Source: Neodothiora populina (Eukaryota). Taken from it: a DNA stretch of 64,000 bases. Under the pieces are notes generated by a model. That model was not told the DNA's origin, made no database searches, and worked only from the letters and a program-made list of their open reading frames with translations. The stretch lies in NCBI RefSeq assembly GCF_041146345.1, contig NW_027191406.1, positions 1 through 64,000 of the forward strand, in the 5' to 3' direction. A program made the translations under genes and the position numbers. Shown here one piece after another: positions 46,543-58,374 of this stretch (positions within the stretch are counted from its first letter, which is position 1; every line of letters begins with the position of its first letter).

Positions 46543-49500
46543 TCAATCGTCGCTGTTACTGTTGCCAATCTCACCGTTGCCAATGTCAATTCCATATTTC
46601 TTCGTCGTGCCAGACCCCTCGAACCAGTCTAGGGAAAACAGATAATCACTAAAGATGCGTTTGTTCTGCAGCTCCTTTCTACCGTACCACTCTACTCCTT
46701 CTGGAATGTTACAAAGTATCTCCGAGTCGACCAATAGCGATGACATGGCGCCGATACTGCAAGGATTCATGGGCAAAAGCTTTCGAGTATCCAGAAGGAA
46801 CCATGCAGTGACGATACAGATTGTTATGGCGGCCAACAGTCCTTCCAGAATACGCGTTGAAACTGCACTCTGCTGCAGACGCATCCTTTGTGGGTCCATG
46901 ATCAAGGCATCCAGAATTTCAGCATCGGCAGGGGGCTCAGCCCGTCCATAGATATTCAGCCACTGTGAATAGATGATCCCGTAAAGCTCGTCCACGGCAC
47001 TGGAGAAATTGGCAAAGTTCTGGACGTCGAGTAGATCCGTCCAAGTAACGCCACGACGGCCGGGAACCAAGCCTCCATAGAATGGATCCACATTCCAAGA
47101 GGTGGGCGGAAGCCAGTCTGCAATGTTCAACGTCGCGTTGCCAGCACCCCCTTTAGTGATCGTCTCCATTGTACTGAAATCCGGCTTGATGGATCGTATG
47201 CTGAAACCAGGCATGACGAATGTGGTATTTGTTTTGACGCGATACACTGTAGGTGAACAGACAGCGGCCGACAGCTCCAGGTCACTCTGGCCATGCAACG
47301 AATCGACTCTGCCGCGACCGTAAACAAAAGCCGTTTGAGGGCAATGCGCTGGCAGCGAGGCGTTGAGCGAAACGTAAGTCATACCGTAATCCGAGAAACC
47401 TTCCCGTAAAGCAAGATCGCCTAGATGTAGAGTGTCAAATCCGGGCTGATCCCCACAGCCCTTGGGTACGGGCACTTGTACATGCGCGTAACTCATGTCC
47501 GTTCCTATCAACAGAGGAAGAACACTTGGCACGGCATACTGGCAATTCATTGCAGCAGAGTATGCAGACAGTTCCACCCGTACGGTTGTGGTATTTGACA
47601 TTGAGTCGGCACCAGCCTCAGATTTCAAAAAAGCATCAGTGGAGAGCTTTGGGACAACATATCTTCCGTAGGTCCAGGCTGGATACGACGTGTTGGCTTC
47701 CACCAACAACGTTGCCACTGTCGACGCGAGCATAGAAGAGCTTGATTCGGATTTGTTCCATGCAAGAGTGTTGTCGATGGTATCGTTCAGACCGATGGAC
47801 GAGGGCACGATGTTTTCAACGTAACCAGGGATATAAAGACCGCTGACCACAACAGTCAAAAGCGGCACCATCAACATCACGAGTCCAGTGAGCATGACAG
47901 CGTAGTGCTTCCTGACAAAGGCCTGCCAGATGGTCCTGGGAGTCATTTGCGAGAGGTAATTGACAAGGATTGTTCTATCCGCAGGTGACGGTGATTGACG
48001 AAGCGTACGGTACGGCTGGAATAGGCGCGTGTAGAAGTCGACCTTTTGGTAGCCAAATTGAGACAGTATTGTTACGGTAGCAGGAACAAAAGTCCACGCG
48101 TAGAAAGAGTGGCCGAACTCATTTACATCTGCCAATCCACGGTGGTCCTTGGAGAATTGGTAGACAGCTTCCAATGTTGCAATCAAGGCGAGTGGCAGAA
48201 GTACAAGCCCAATGCGGGAGTAGACACTCATAGCGAACGGCTGCCACCAACGAGTCTCTTCGCGAAAGGATGAAGCAGGGGTGATGTTGCCAGTGCAGCC
48301 GATCACTAGTCCATAAGCTGGGTCGCCATCCGTCGAGATGACAGTGTGACAGGTCTTGCCAGTCAAACGTTCTTTTAGTTGTTGCGGTCTGCTTGACCCG
48401 AGACCATGAAGTGCACTTGTCGCGCGGTGACTTCGTGCCAGAATGCTCGCAATACCAGCAGGTGTGCTAGCATCACAGGGAGTAGAGTGGTGAGGACGCA
48501 ACAGCAGTGTAACCAGAGCGATGGCAATCAGACTCGCGAAGATACTCTCCAGTAGTCGGAGAGAGATTTCGCGAACGAACAATCTCTGCTGATAAGCTAT
48601 GACAACTCCGTCAACCCGTTGTGTCGTCGGCATCATGAGTGCGGTTTTCGCAAGCTGAGCCGCCAATGATGCAAACAGATTCCGCACAGAATCTTCCAGA
48701 TAGGTGCCATTGTTGAACTGAGTGATGTTGCTTGGACGTGCTGTCGCATTCATAAGTTGGAAGAACGGATCGAGGTTGACAAAGGAGCCATTGTATGCTT
48801 CGCCAGGCTTGTCGAACAGTGTCGCGTAAGACATGCTCGCATACTCGACCATGTCCAAGACTGCAACTGCCAGATCCATAGACGAGATATTGGGGATACT
48901 GGAACATGACGAGTTGATCTGCGACACACGGTCAATCGTGCCATTAAGAAATATCGACACGGGCGATTTGCAGATGACGTATTGAGGTTTGCAGATCTGA
49001 GCCGTCGAGTGAGACGCGTTGCTAGCACCTCCAGAGTAGCCGATCACTTGGTGCCCTGATAGAAAGGTAAGGCGCTGCTCGTCCCGCTTTCCCTTGCAGT
49101 AATCGAGAGAAACACTGCCGTAATACTGATCGCTAGCATCATCGACGGAAACGCTGATTTGGGAAGAGTTCGTGGTGCAGTCGTTGGAACTCACGGTGAT
49201 GTTGTAGCTCACAATGTCGCAGCTACTCTCGGGGTCCGAACCAGCGCATTGAGCCGCAGACACGTCGGTGATAACTCCGGTTTGACAAATCATGTCCGCG
49301 GACAAGACATAGACATCGGCGAGCAAGACGCTGCTCTCGTCGGTGATGGTCTCGACAGCCTCGAATGATTGAGCAGCATAATGGTCTGTGGTGCCTGGAG
49401 GCAGAGCCAGGCCGTACTGGCTGGCTGCCAAGACGGTGATGACAGGTTGAATGTAGGATGAATTAGCAGATGTGCCGAAGGTCTCGAAGGTGTCCTTGAG

Positions 49501-50331
49501 TTGCACCAATGTGCCAGGCTCAAAGACTCGCTGTGATCCTAGTGACAAGAGGCCCGCCGAAAAGATGATGGCAAATTTGATCAACAGGGTGCCGATGATT
49601 GCCAAGGCTACGACAATATGCCTTTCTTTGATAGCGGTGACCAGAGCGGAAACGTTCCAAGGAGAAACGTAGTCGATAAGAAGTACTTTGTCAGCCGGCA
49701 CTGGTCCCTTGGTCATTGCCTTCCAAGGCATTAGTTGTTTCACCCAGTATTCGACCCGGCCCCAGAGACATGCAACAATAGTCAGAAACAGAGTTGGGCC
49801 GAATGTCCAGAGATAGTGAAGGTCAGGGTCGAGCGTTCGCAGGCCGTGGCCCCGGTTAGCGAATTGATACATGACCTCGACTGCAATGAGCATTGCAGCA
49901 AAAGTGAAAGCGAACGCGACGAAGACCCATGTTCGCAGGAAAAACGGCGTATAGAGCTTGAAGTTGGATTTGTTGTTCTCATCCAGTTCGAATTCATGAG
50001 TGCTCGGATAGTCCTTGGCCGGGTCAATTTCTCTGTAAGGCGGCGGATACTCGCCACCTTCTACTACAGCAGTCGATTCGGCATGCGTTGTAGTCGAAGA
50101 CGACCGTGGCTCATCTAGATTAGCTGCATTATTATTCCAGGGTAGTGGCGGTATCGATGGTGATGTCGAGTCCAGCCACGAACGGATATTGTCGGTTTGA
50201 CTTTGGTCGGTCACATGTTGTAGCAGTGGCTGCTGCTGCGGCGGCGGCTGCTGCTGCTGCTGGCCATTCGACAGTCGACGATTCACGGGTTGGTTTTCTC
50301 CTCCGGCGAAGTCATGACCGGGAGAAGCCAT
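46543..50331 (-). CDS. Large membrane glycoprotein with two DUF3433-like repeats
   Basis: 1262-aa intronless ORF. Duplicated module LWTFGPT...LMPW...LLIDYVS / AWTFVPAT...FQPY...LVNYLS, each followed by a luminal domain and RLLES/RILEG...P-S-AG-ASLL. Confidence 0.85.
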   Translation of the reverse strand: MASPGHDFAGGENQPVNRRLSNGQQQQQPPPQQQPLLQHVTDQSQTDNIRSWLDSTSPSIPPLPWNNNAANLDEPRSSSTTTHAESTAVVEGGEYPPPYREIDPAKDYPSTHEFELDENNKSNFKLYTPFFLRTWVFVAFAFTFAAMLIAVEVMYQFANRGHGLRTLDPDLHYLWTFGPTLFLTIVACLWGRVEYWVKQLMPWKAMTKGPVPADKVLLIDYVSPWNVSALVTAIKERHIVVALAIIGTLLIKFAIIFSAGLLSLGSQRVFEPGTLVQLKDTFETFGTSANSSYIQPVITVLAASQYGLALPPGTTDHYAAQSFEAVETITDESSVLLADVYVLSADMICQTGVITDVSAAQCAGSDPESSCDIVSYNITVSSNDCTTNSSQISVSVDDASDQYYGSVSLDYCKGKRDEQRLTFLSGHQVIGYSGGASNASHSTAQICKPQYVICKSPVSIFLNGTIDRVSQINSSCSSIPNISSMDLAVAVLDMVEYASMSYATLFDKPGEAYNGSFVNLDPFFQLMNATARPSNITQFNNGTYLEDSVRNLFASLAAQLAKTALMMPTTQRVDGVVIAYQQRLFVREISLRLLESIFASLIAIALVTLLLRPHHSTPCDASTPAGIASILARSHRATSALHGLGSSRPQQLKERLTGKTCHTVISTDGDPAYGLVIGCTGNITPASSFREETRWWQPFAMSVYSRIGLVLLPLALIATLEAVYQFSKDHRGLADVNEFGHSFYAWTFVPATVTILSQFGYQKVDFYTRLFQPYRTLRQSPSPADRTILVNYLSQMTPRTIWQAFVRKHYAVMLTGLVMLMVPLLTVVVSGLYIPGYVENIVPSSIGLNDTIDNTLAWNKSESSSSMLASTVATLLVEANTSYPAWTYGRYVVPKLSTDAFLKSEAGADSMSNTTTVRVELSAYSAAMNCQYAVPSVLPLLIGTDMSYAHVQVPVPKGCGDQPGFDTLHLGDLALREGFSDYGMTYVSLNASLPAHCPQTAFVYGRGRVDSLHGQSDLELSAAVCSPTVYRVKTNTTFVMPGFSIRSIKPDFSTMETITKGGAGNATLNIADWLPPTSWNVDPFYGGLVPGRRGVTWTDLLDVQNFANFSSAVDELYGIIYSQWLNIYGRAEPPADAEILDALIMDPQRMRLQQSAVSTRILEGLLAAITICIVTAWFLLDTRKLLPMNPCSIGAMSSLLVDSEILCNIPEGVEWYGRKELQNKRIFSDYLFSLDWFEGSGTTKKYGIDIGNGEIGNSNSDD

Positions 50332-51971
50332 CCCTCATGATCGAGACAGGAGGATAGGAAGCGGCGAGCCGACATCAAGTTTGTTTTTAGCTGATTCGAG
50401 AACTTCCTGAAGCGATTGATCGACTTATCAGTTGAGGCGGTGCGCGCGCGCCTTTCCTAAAGATACCTTACCTTACTGTCACTCGTGAAAGCTTTGACCC
50501 GAGTTTTAACGCATTGAGTTCCGGGCCGGAACAACGCATCCCCGTAAAGGCGGCATGCAGGGACCTGAATCCTCGGGCTCCGTTAAAGATTGGTTAGAAA
50601 CGGATGACGGAGTTCACTTTATTGTTCTTTAGTCTTAACACGACGACAGGATGTGACTTTCATGGGATCACTCACTGCATTTTTGGTCTGTCGACGTGTC
50701 TTCGCCACACTACGAGCACATACAGAAATAGCAGGTCGTTCAAATTCGACGTCATTGCGGCGAGACTCGCACGGCTATTGGCCGAAATGGCTTGATTTTC
50801 TAGAAAGAAAAAAGGGGGTCAAAGTCCCTGCGCGTGCACGACGAGGATATTTTAATATAGACATTTGTATGTGCTTGTACGGGAGAATGGGCCTCCCCTG
50901 TTACAGGCCAATCACATGCCGCATCACCTGTCGCTTTTTCGACGTGCATTTGCCATTTTGCATTTCTCTGGGCGAATAGGGAGCGGACATCGATCATATT
51001 CGAGATCCTCCCGTCTATAATCCCACACCCAAGGCCCATGGCGATTCAGTCTGCAGCTCGAGAGCGACAGAGAGATATTGATAGAGTAGGTCTTGGCTGC
51101 TGCACTATCGCTGCAATATTTGCCGAAGGTGCATTGCACAGCAGTGACTTTTTCCCAGGGCTAATGGATGCTCTTGGACTGCACAACGAGCAGTGGCCTG
51201 AGATGGAGTCTTTGCCAGCGGTCTTGGTTCATTTTACTTTACAGCAGTGAAATAGGACGTTGAAATGAATTCCTTCATGCTTCGTTCCTTTGTCCATACG
51301 ATAGCATGTTCCGATTACCAAGGCGGGACAATCTCGAGCAGCCCACATGGTGTGGCACCGGAAGCAAGGCTAATCTTAACATCGACAGCCGGGGCCCATG
51401 GGTTAAGCTTCGACTTGATCTTACACTCACAGGCAAGTCCCAGACTATACAGGAAAGAGCAGGTGTGAAGTGACTCGAACACAACCAAGTGGAGATAAAG
51501 ACGATGCCGGGCCCAGGTATTTACAGTACAAGCACAATAGTCCAGATGGAAAGAGGCCGATCGTGCTCGGGACTCGGAAGGTCTATCCGTGGTTGATCTT
51601 GGTTGCTGATGCTTCGATCGGTTTGGTTCCCCACGAGCCAGGACGCGGACAAGGTTGCGATTCCACTGTGCTACACACTGTGCAAAGCCATGTCTCTGAC
51701 TATATACACCATTCTGCGAGGCTCGAGGTGAAGAAAGAAGACTCTAGAGATCTCGTCCTGACCGCCGCCAACTTTTTCTCGTTGTTGATGTTGTAAGCGA
51801 GATTGCGGTATATGATGCTCTTGGCTCTTCGAGACGAGCTTGTTGTGTTGGTCTTGGTGCATATTGTCTGTCTCAGACCGACCTGGCGCCAGGACTCGCC
51901 GTCGGTCCAGGTCAGCGTAGCATATATGCAAAATCGGTGATTGGAGCATCTGGAGTCGTTGATCGAGGGTC

Positions 51972-52302
51972 GTCCTGCGCCGACGGCGCCACTGCGTGGT
52001 GCCACTCTTCTCATCATAGTCTATCGGGTAAAACGACGTATAGACTGCACTACAGACAAACCGGATGTATAGATTAGAGAAGCGGACAGTCCTGCGCGGA
52101 CATCGCCACTGCGTGGGGCCTTTCCTTTCTGTCCTCGGCCCCGACCTTGGTCATGAACATATAGTCTCACACTTCAAACACTTGGAAACCAAGAGACTTG
52201 TAGTACATAAGTACATATCTCTGCTAGACCAAGTTTGTCCAAAGCAGGGAGAGGACGGTCGAAAAAAGAAGGCTCCACGCAGTGGCGCCGTCCGCGCAGG
52301 AC
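51972..52302. repeat. Three copies of a 32-bp GC-rich double-hairpin motif; two form a MITE-like inverted pair
   Basis: 51972-52003 (+), 52089-52120 (+) and 52271-52302 (-); consensus GTCCTGCGCGGAC-GGCGCCACTGCGTGGNGCC. Confidence 0.8.
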
Positions 52303-52406
52303 ATGCACTGGGATACTTTTGCTGGGTACTACTGGGGTCGTACGCGAGACTTTGGATATGGGAGCTCATTGATGGACATGGTAGATAGGAGGGATATATC
52401 TTGGAT

Positions 52407-54575
52407 CTAAGCTCTACTTTTTACAACAGCCTTTTCCAATCCCACAATGCCCGCTCTGACCTGCGGGGAGAAATGCTTCCTCAGGATCTCGCCCTCCCAG
52501 CACGTCGCGGCGAAGGGATTCGTGCCCTCGACTTCACCGCCCGCGGCGCTGGTCGTGTCGCCCTTCCACACGCCGTCGCCCTTTCTCTCCTCGGTGTACC
52601 ACAGCGCCGAGACCTTCTTGCCGTGGACGCGCGTGATCTGGGTCAGAAGACCGAGCATGGCCAGCGCCGACTTCTCGGGGAGTTGCAGGGAGGCGGTCAG
52701 CAGGGTCTTGGTGAAGGCTGCGATGCGCAGGGGCGGGACGCTGCGAGTGGCGATTCTAGGCAGCAGGGCGGACGACAGCGAGCGCAGGAGTAAGACGGTC
52801 GTCGTCTGGACGTTGATCTTGTGGTCTTTGTTGGTTGTGAGGACCGAGTTGCCGCCTTCGCCTGTGTAAGGGTCGGTGAGACGCAGGGAGGAGGCGCCGA
52901 GCTCGATGTCGGGGTTCAGGGAGGAGGGGACGAGGGTGCGGTAGAGATGGGTGATGAAGAAGTCGAGGTCGAGATGGAGCGAGTTTGCAGACTTGACGAC
53001 GTCGAGTTGGCCCTGGAGCAGGGCAAAGGCGGTGATGATGCAGAGGAGAGACTCGCGGTTCAGGTTTCGCGGTCTGCTCGCTCCTTGCTCGTCTTCGTCT
53101 TCGGGGTCCGAGTGCTCGGCGTCGTCGCCTCCGTCGGCGGGAGTGGATTCTGCTGTGGCAATCATCTCTCGCAGTGCCTCGAGGATGTCGCCGAAGAAGT
53201 CTTGGTTGATCAGATGGGCGTATCTCGCCAGCCCTTCTAGAACGGCTCCCATGAGGTTCGGGAGGCGGGCTTTGAGGATGCGGAAATAGGCGACAAAGAC
53301 GAGCTTCAGCATCTCGGATTGGTACTTGTCTCTCTCCTCGTGCGAGACGACGGCATCTGCTTCTTGCAGTTCTTTTTCCACCACTCTGTACTCCTTGACT
53401 CTCTTGCGCTCCTTTTTGCTTCTGAACTCTCGGTCCTTTTTCTTGAGTTTTTGAGGCGGCTGGTCGTCCGAGTCCTTGTCGATGCGGTTGGTCGAGGCTT
53501 TGTGGGCGAACTCGGAGAGCAGACGCAGATGCAGAAACATGTTCAGGACGCTCTCGTGGATGTGGTAACTTTTCGCCTTCATCATCCTCGTGACCATCTG
53601 CACAGCCTCCAAACTGGCGTTGCCGTCCTCGTCGTCGCGGAAGAGCTGCTCGATGGCGTCCCTGCACCTGGCGAAGTCCTGGTCGACGTGTCTCGTGCTG
53701 AGTTTGCCAATGAGAATCTCGAGGACGTTGCCGCGGAAGTTGAAGTGGGGCACTGCATTCAAGAGAGTGCTGGCGCAGGCGAGAGCGACGGTGGCCACTC
53801 CGGCCTTGTCTGTCATTCTCTTGTCGCCGCTGAACTTGGCCGCCTTCTTCAGGTCTGCGAGATAGTCGTGGTATCCTCCGAGCAGGGCCTGTTCGAAGTT
53901 GCGCAGGACGCGGACGTCCTTGCTCAGCTTGGCGCGCATGTCGTCGTCGGTCAAGGGGCGGATGCGGTAGCCGGGGACGATGTCTTTGTAGACGGCGAGC
54001 TGAGTGGCCAGAGCGAGTTTGCGGATGGCGTGGATCTTGGACGAGGCAATGGTAGCGAGGGTTTTGAGCTGGCCGACGTATTCTTCGGGGTCTTCGCTGA
54101 TGTTGGAGGCCAGCCGAGCCAACTCTTCTTTTGCGGTGATGATCTGCTGCTTGATGGGAATCTCTGGCTCCTGCTCTTCCTCCGACTCTTCGTCCTCCTC
54201 TGCGTCGTCATCCTCGTCGCCGCTGCCCAGGAAGCTGTCCTCGTCGTGGTCGTCGTCGTCGTCGTCGTCGTCTTGGGCGTCTGCTGGCGTCTCGACCGGG
54301 GCAGGCTCCTCCTGCTTGTGCTCGACCCATCCCTCGGCGGTCTTGATGGGCAATCTGTTGTTCTTCTCTTCCTTCTTCTTGCTCAACTTGCGCGGTCGGG
54401 TTTCGTAGTCTTGCTCGAGGTTCCACTTGGAGGCGTTGGAGTAGAAGCTGTCGGTGGCTTGTTCGTCGGTCGGGGCGGGTGTGGACTTTTGTTGTGGGTT
54501 TGATTTTGATTTTGATTTTGGAGGAGCATCTTCGCCGGGAGGACTGAGCCTCCGTCGCTTGGTGATTGGCGCCAT
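52407..54575 (-). CDS. NOC3: Nucleolar complex-associated protein 3
   Basis: WNLEQDYETRPR, RLPIKTAEG, AVYKDIVPGYRIRPL, PHFNFR, GAVLEGLARYAHLINQDFFGD and NPFA-TCWEGE motifs (NOC3p + CBF domains). Confidence 0.96.
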   Translation of the reverse strand: MAPITKRRRLSPPGEDAPPKSKSKSNPQQKSTPAPTDEQATDSFYSNASKWNLEQDYETRPRKLSKKKEEKNNRLPIKTAEGWVEHKQEEPAPVETPADAQDDDDDDDDHDEDSFLGSGDEDDDAEEDEESEEEQEPEIPIKQQIITAKEELARLASNISEDPEEYVGQLKTLATIASSKIHAIRKLALATQLAVYKDIVPGYRIRPLTDDDMRAKLSKDVRVLRNFEQALLGGYHDYLADLKKAAKFSGDKRMTDKAGVATVALACASTLLNAVPHFNFRGNVLEILIGKLSTRHVDQDFARCRDAIEQLFRDDEDGNASLEAVQMVTRMMKAKSYHIHESVLNMFLHLRLLSEFAHKASTNRIDKDSDDQPPQKLKKKDREFRSKKERKRVKEYRVVEKELQEADAVVSHEERDKYQSEMLKLVFVAYFRILKARLPNLMGAVLEGLARYAHLINQDFFGDILEALREMIATAESTPADGGDDAEHSDPEDEDEQGASRPRNLNRESLLCIITAFALLQGQLDVVKSANSLHLDLDFFITHLYRTLVPSSLNPDIELGASSLRLTDPYTGEGGNSVLTTNKDHKINVQTTTVLLLRSLSSALLPRIATRSVPPLRIAAFTKTLLTASLQLPEKSALAMLGLLTQITRVHGKKVSALWYTEERKGDGVWKGDTTSAAGGEVEGTNPFAATCWEGEILRKHFSPQVRAGIVGLEKAVVKSRA

Positions 54576-54926
54576 TCTTGTGGTTATTATGGCTTATGGC
54601 TATAAAGCAAGACTGAGATGATCAAATCTTCATCCTATTGAACAAAAAGATCCAGGGTCCGGTTTGGGAAGTCGCGCGTGCCAAGACGATCAGAGATAAG
54701 ATAATCTCACCGCCTTCTCCTTTGAGGTTGACATCACAGCATGCTCCTTCCGCCGGCAGTATCTTTTTTCTCGGGACTTTCTTTGCTCCTGCTCTTTCTG
54801 CGGGGAATTCGAGACTCCCGGGAAAGAACAAGGAAGGAACGAAGTCTCTATTGTTCCCATCCATCTGTCCATTCAGCCATCCACCCGACCCATCGCTGGA
54901 TCATCGCATTTCTACATCACTATAAG

Positions 54927-55568
54927 ATGCGTCCTCTGACAGACACGGAGACGCAGACTCTCTTCGCAAAACTCGCCAACTACACGGGCCGCTCGCTCAA
55001 CAACCTCTTGACAGACACTGCCAAAACCGCAACGAAAGGAGGAAAAGAAAGCGAGGAGCGCTACGTCTTCCGCATCCAGGAATCGCGAGTCTACTATGTC
55101 CGCGAGTCTCTGGCCAATCTCGCCACTTCGGTCTCCCGCGACTCGCTCTTGTCTCTGGGCACCTGTCTAGGCAAGTTCACCAAGACGGGCAAGTTCAGAC
55201 TCCACATCACCGCCCTCGATGTCATCGCCCCTCACGCCCGCTACAAGATCTGGGTCAAGCCCAACGGAGAGATGCCCTTTCTGTACGGTGGTCACGTCGT
55301 CAAGGCCCACGTCGGACGATGGAGCGAGGAATGTCCCGAGCACTCTGGAGTCATTGTGCTGAGCATGAACGACACCCCCCTGGTACTTCTTTCCATTTCT
55401 GATCTGTTTCCGCTCCATTGACTTACACTGCTTCTCCAACAGGGCTTCGGAGTCACCGCGCGCAGCACCGCAGAGGCCAAGAGACTAGATCCCACCGGGA
55501 TCGTCTGCTTCAGACAGGCAGACATTGGCGAATACCTCAGAGAAGAAGATACTCTTTTCGCCACTTGA
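54927..55568 (+). CDS. NIP7: 60S ribosome subunit biogenesis protein Nip7 (PUA domain), 2 exons
   Basis: [44 protein letters not shown] and [11 protein letters not shown]; intron 55383-55442, then GFGVTARST...[17 protein letters not shown]. Confidence 0.97.
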
Positions 55569-55614
55569 TTTGTTAGACAAAGAGTCCGCCACTTGATTTG
55601 TTAGACAAAGAGTC
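55559..55614. repeat. 28-bp tandem duplication spanning the NIP7 stop codon
   Basis: cgccacttgatttgttagacaaagagtc repeated twice. Confidence 0.93.
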
Positions 55615-56146
55615 GGAAGTTGAGAAAGAGAGTCGTCAAGATACCCCCCTCATCAATCTCCCTCCAGAATACATCCAAAAGGAGCCGCGGCGTTTTTCTG
55701 GGCATTTGCGAAATATGAAGAGGCAATGATATAGGCATGCATCGGGGTTTGGCGCATTTGGATTACGTCAATGTAGGCATAGACCTCTTGGAAAAGGAAG
55801 ACAGAGAGGGGTGTTTGACATGGCCATCGGCCTTGAAAGATGGGCACGAGGATCATGATCAAATGTGCAGCTCGTCGTAAGTAAACAACGAGCTAGACCA
55901 GCAAAATGGGAGACAGACTCATTGTTACATAAACCCCACTACGCGACTCTTGCTTCAGCAAGCCAGATTCACCGTCTTTTTGGCTTTATCAATACCGGTC
56001 TATGAAGACAGCGTCGTCCAGTGCATTCCAGCAAACAGCAAGCTTGACCCTACGAAGAATACCTTATATATGACACTTGCTTCTTCTCCGCATTCATCAG
56101 TCCATGCCATCTCCATCACTTCTTATATTTCATGAGCCACAGCATT

Positions 56147-56191
<45 letters not shown>
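56147..56191. repeat. (ATC)n microsatellite
   Basis: About 15 perfect ATC units. Confidence 0.97.
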
Positions 56192-56192
<1 letters not shown>

Positions 56193-58374
56193 CACCGCAC
56201 CATCATCTATCATGCACAACCTCTCCTTACCCTCCGACACCTACAGGAGATGGGCTAGCGATCTGCTCCAGAACATCTCCAAGACCAGGTGCTCTCGGCC
56301 CTGGTCTTGTGCCAATCTTCACTGAGAGTTTGTACACGTCCTACGCCCTCTCGCATACGCGCGCATCATCAGCATGGGCGAAGTTGGTGACCGCGCATGA
56401 CGCAAAAGAGTCAACGACGCCTCTGTTAGCTCTAATCTTGTCTATATTCTTCCTTCACTTCTATACCTGGTCAGAACCAATGCAAGTCGCGACCTTGATC
56501 ATCGAGACCAAGAAGCCCTTTCACCAGCTCAGATAGACCGGGCGCCCAAGCATTTTATATATCGCGTCATGAGCACAACTAAGCCGACTAACTCTGTGCC
56601 CGATGATGGCATTATCTTCACTGATGGCCGGTCGAGCCGAGCACCAGGTGACACCCACTCAGGTCGCCATCAGCACTGCTTTCGCATTCGTTCATCTCAA
56701 TGTCCTCATCACAATTCTGCGCCCGACGCAGATGCTCAATGATGACACTACTGCTACTTTTCTCAAATCATTAGCGTCACCCGGAGCCCGTGTCATCCAG
56801 GTCGTTGCTGCAAATTACAATTAAGAGTCATGGGCGTGCATGCACACGACTAGGAAATCCCGATCGAACAGACTATAGCATTTGAGATTCATGAATCCTT
56901 CATTGCCAGAACAGCCTGTTCCTATCTGGACATCAGTCATGTTGTCTCTTAACAGAGCACACTGCTACTCTGCTCGGTAGATGGGTGGCAGACATGGCCA
57001 CTCTGCCCCATATATGCAGGAGACCACCAAGGTCTTTGTCCAGGCTACCTAGCGCTCGATCTACCTACTGGAGATTCCCCAGGTCGTTATGCCTATAGGA
57101 ATAGTTATTGAAATGCGAAATAGTGCCCCAAAGACTCAGGCACCACCCAAACCAACCAAGAGGCGATCAGGACTGTCATGTAAGTCAGCGAACCGCATCG
57201 GTCTCCTTCCTGCGTGCCCAGTTCCTATTGACAGCTTCTTTCAGTTTGACAATAAGCATAAGAAGCAGGACCGGAGGTACGAATAACGGCTAGTCAAGGG
57301 ACGACAGCATTGGCAAGTGAGTATGAGAAGAAATATCTAAGGATCAGCAAAGGAACCAATTCAATACGCAGCTTGTGGGTCCGAAACAACCACTTGCTCA
57401 ATCCACTAGACAGCCTATAAGACAGCCCACTTCTCCAGGCAGCACACCGCCAGCTTCCCTTTCTCAAGCACTATTCTGACATTATGGACATCCGTGAAGA
57501 ACTCCTGTAGTTATTGTCTTGGGAGACCAAGAAGATCTAACCCCTACCTGGGCTCCACCTAAGAGACATGAGGGTCATTCTAGCAAAGAAGTCTTTCGCC
57601 CCGGAGATAAACGCTTCACCTGCTAACTTAGTAGTGAAGTCTCTGCCACTGTACACTGGCTCACGGATAGCGCTGTGTGGGTGGAAATGGTCATGTCTGT
57701 TACATTCAATGGCATTCATAGCCTGGTCAAAGGCAGAATAACGCTTCATAGCTGATGGCAGCAGCGTAATAGGGGAACCAGTGGCCTTTCCAGGGGGGAA
57801 TATGAGGAACTCTTGAAGTCAGCTAAGTAGAAGGTTCTGAGGAGTCAGTCTCGGCTTAATCATCGAAGAGAGTGAGGAATGTATAGAGAATTCGACAATT
57901 GTAAGGATCACCAAGTTTACCAAGGAGATGCTGTAATATTGTTCGAACAACGGCTCTAGTAGAGAGAGTCAGCTAGAGAGTCCAGGGTGAAGAACCTGCT
58001 CCAGGGCTAATCCATCAGTCAAGATCTAGAAGAGTACGGGAGATGCACCACGTCTGCTCGTTTGCTGTACAAGAGTCTTTGTTCGTGTGCCTTGTTTTAC
58101 TTCCTTCACTTTGATCTACTTGTACCTTCTTCCACCTCTTCCACTTCTCTATCTTCTGCTCACTCTCTCCTGCAAGAACCTTTGCAGAACGTCATCTCAA
58201 GGACTCACGGTCTCTCCATCATATTTTGATTCCATCACCATCAGACAGACTGATCAGCGATCGCACATCATTATATCACATAGTAAGTCCCATTTATGCA
58301 GCGCTCTGTGTCGACCATCTTGAAAAGGATCTAACCTGAGTGCCAGCTATAATCCTCTCCCCGCCCTTCCCACA

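Noticed and set aside
52401..54503. Overlapping ORFs on both strands across NOC3
   Set aside because: Shadow frames of a GC-rich coding sequence.
56077..56536. Poly-His and poly-Ile ORFs
   Set aside because: Translations of the (ATC)n microsatellite; no other coding evidence.
57470..58030. Possible decayed minus-strand coding remnant with several in-frame stops
   Set aside because: No recognisable motifs, so a pseudogene call cannot be supported.
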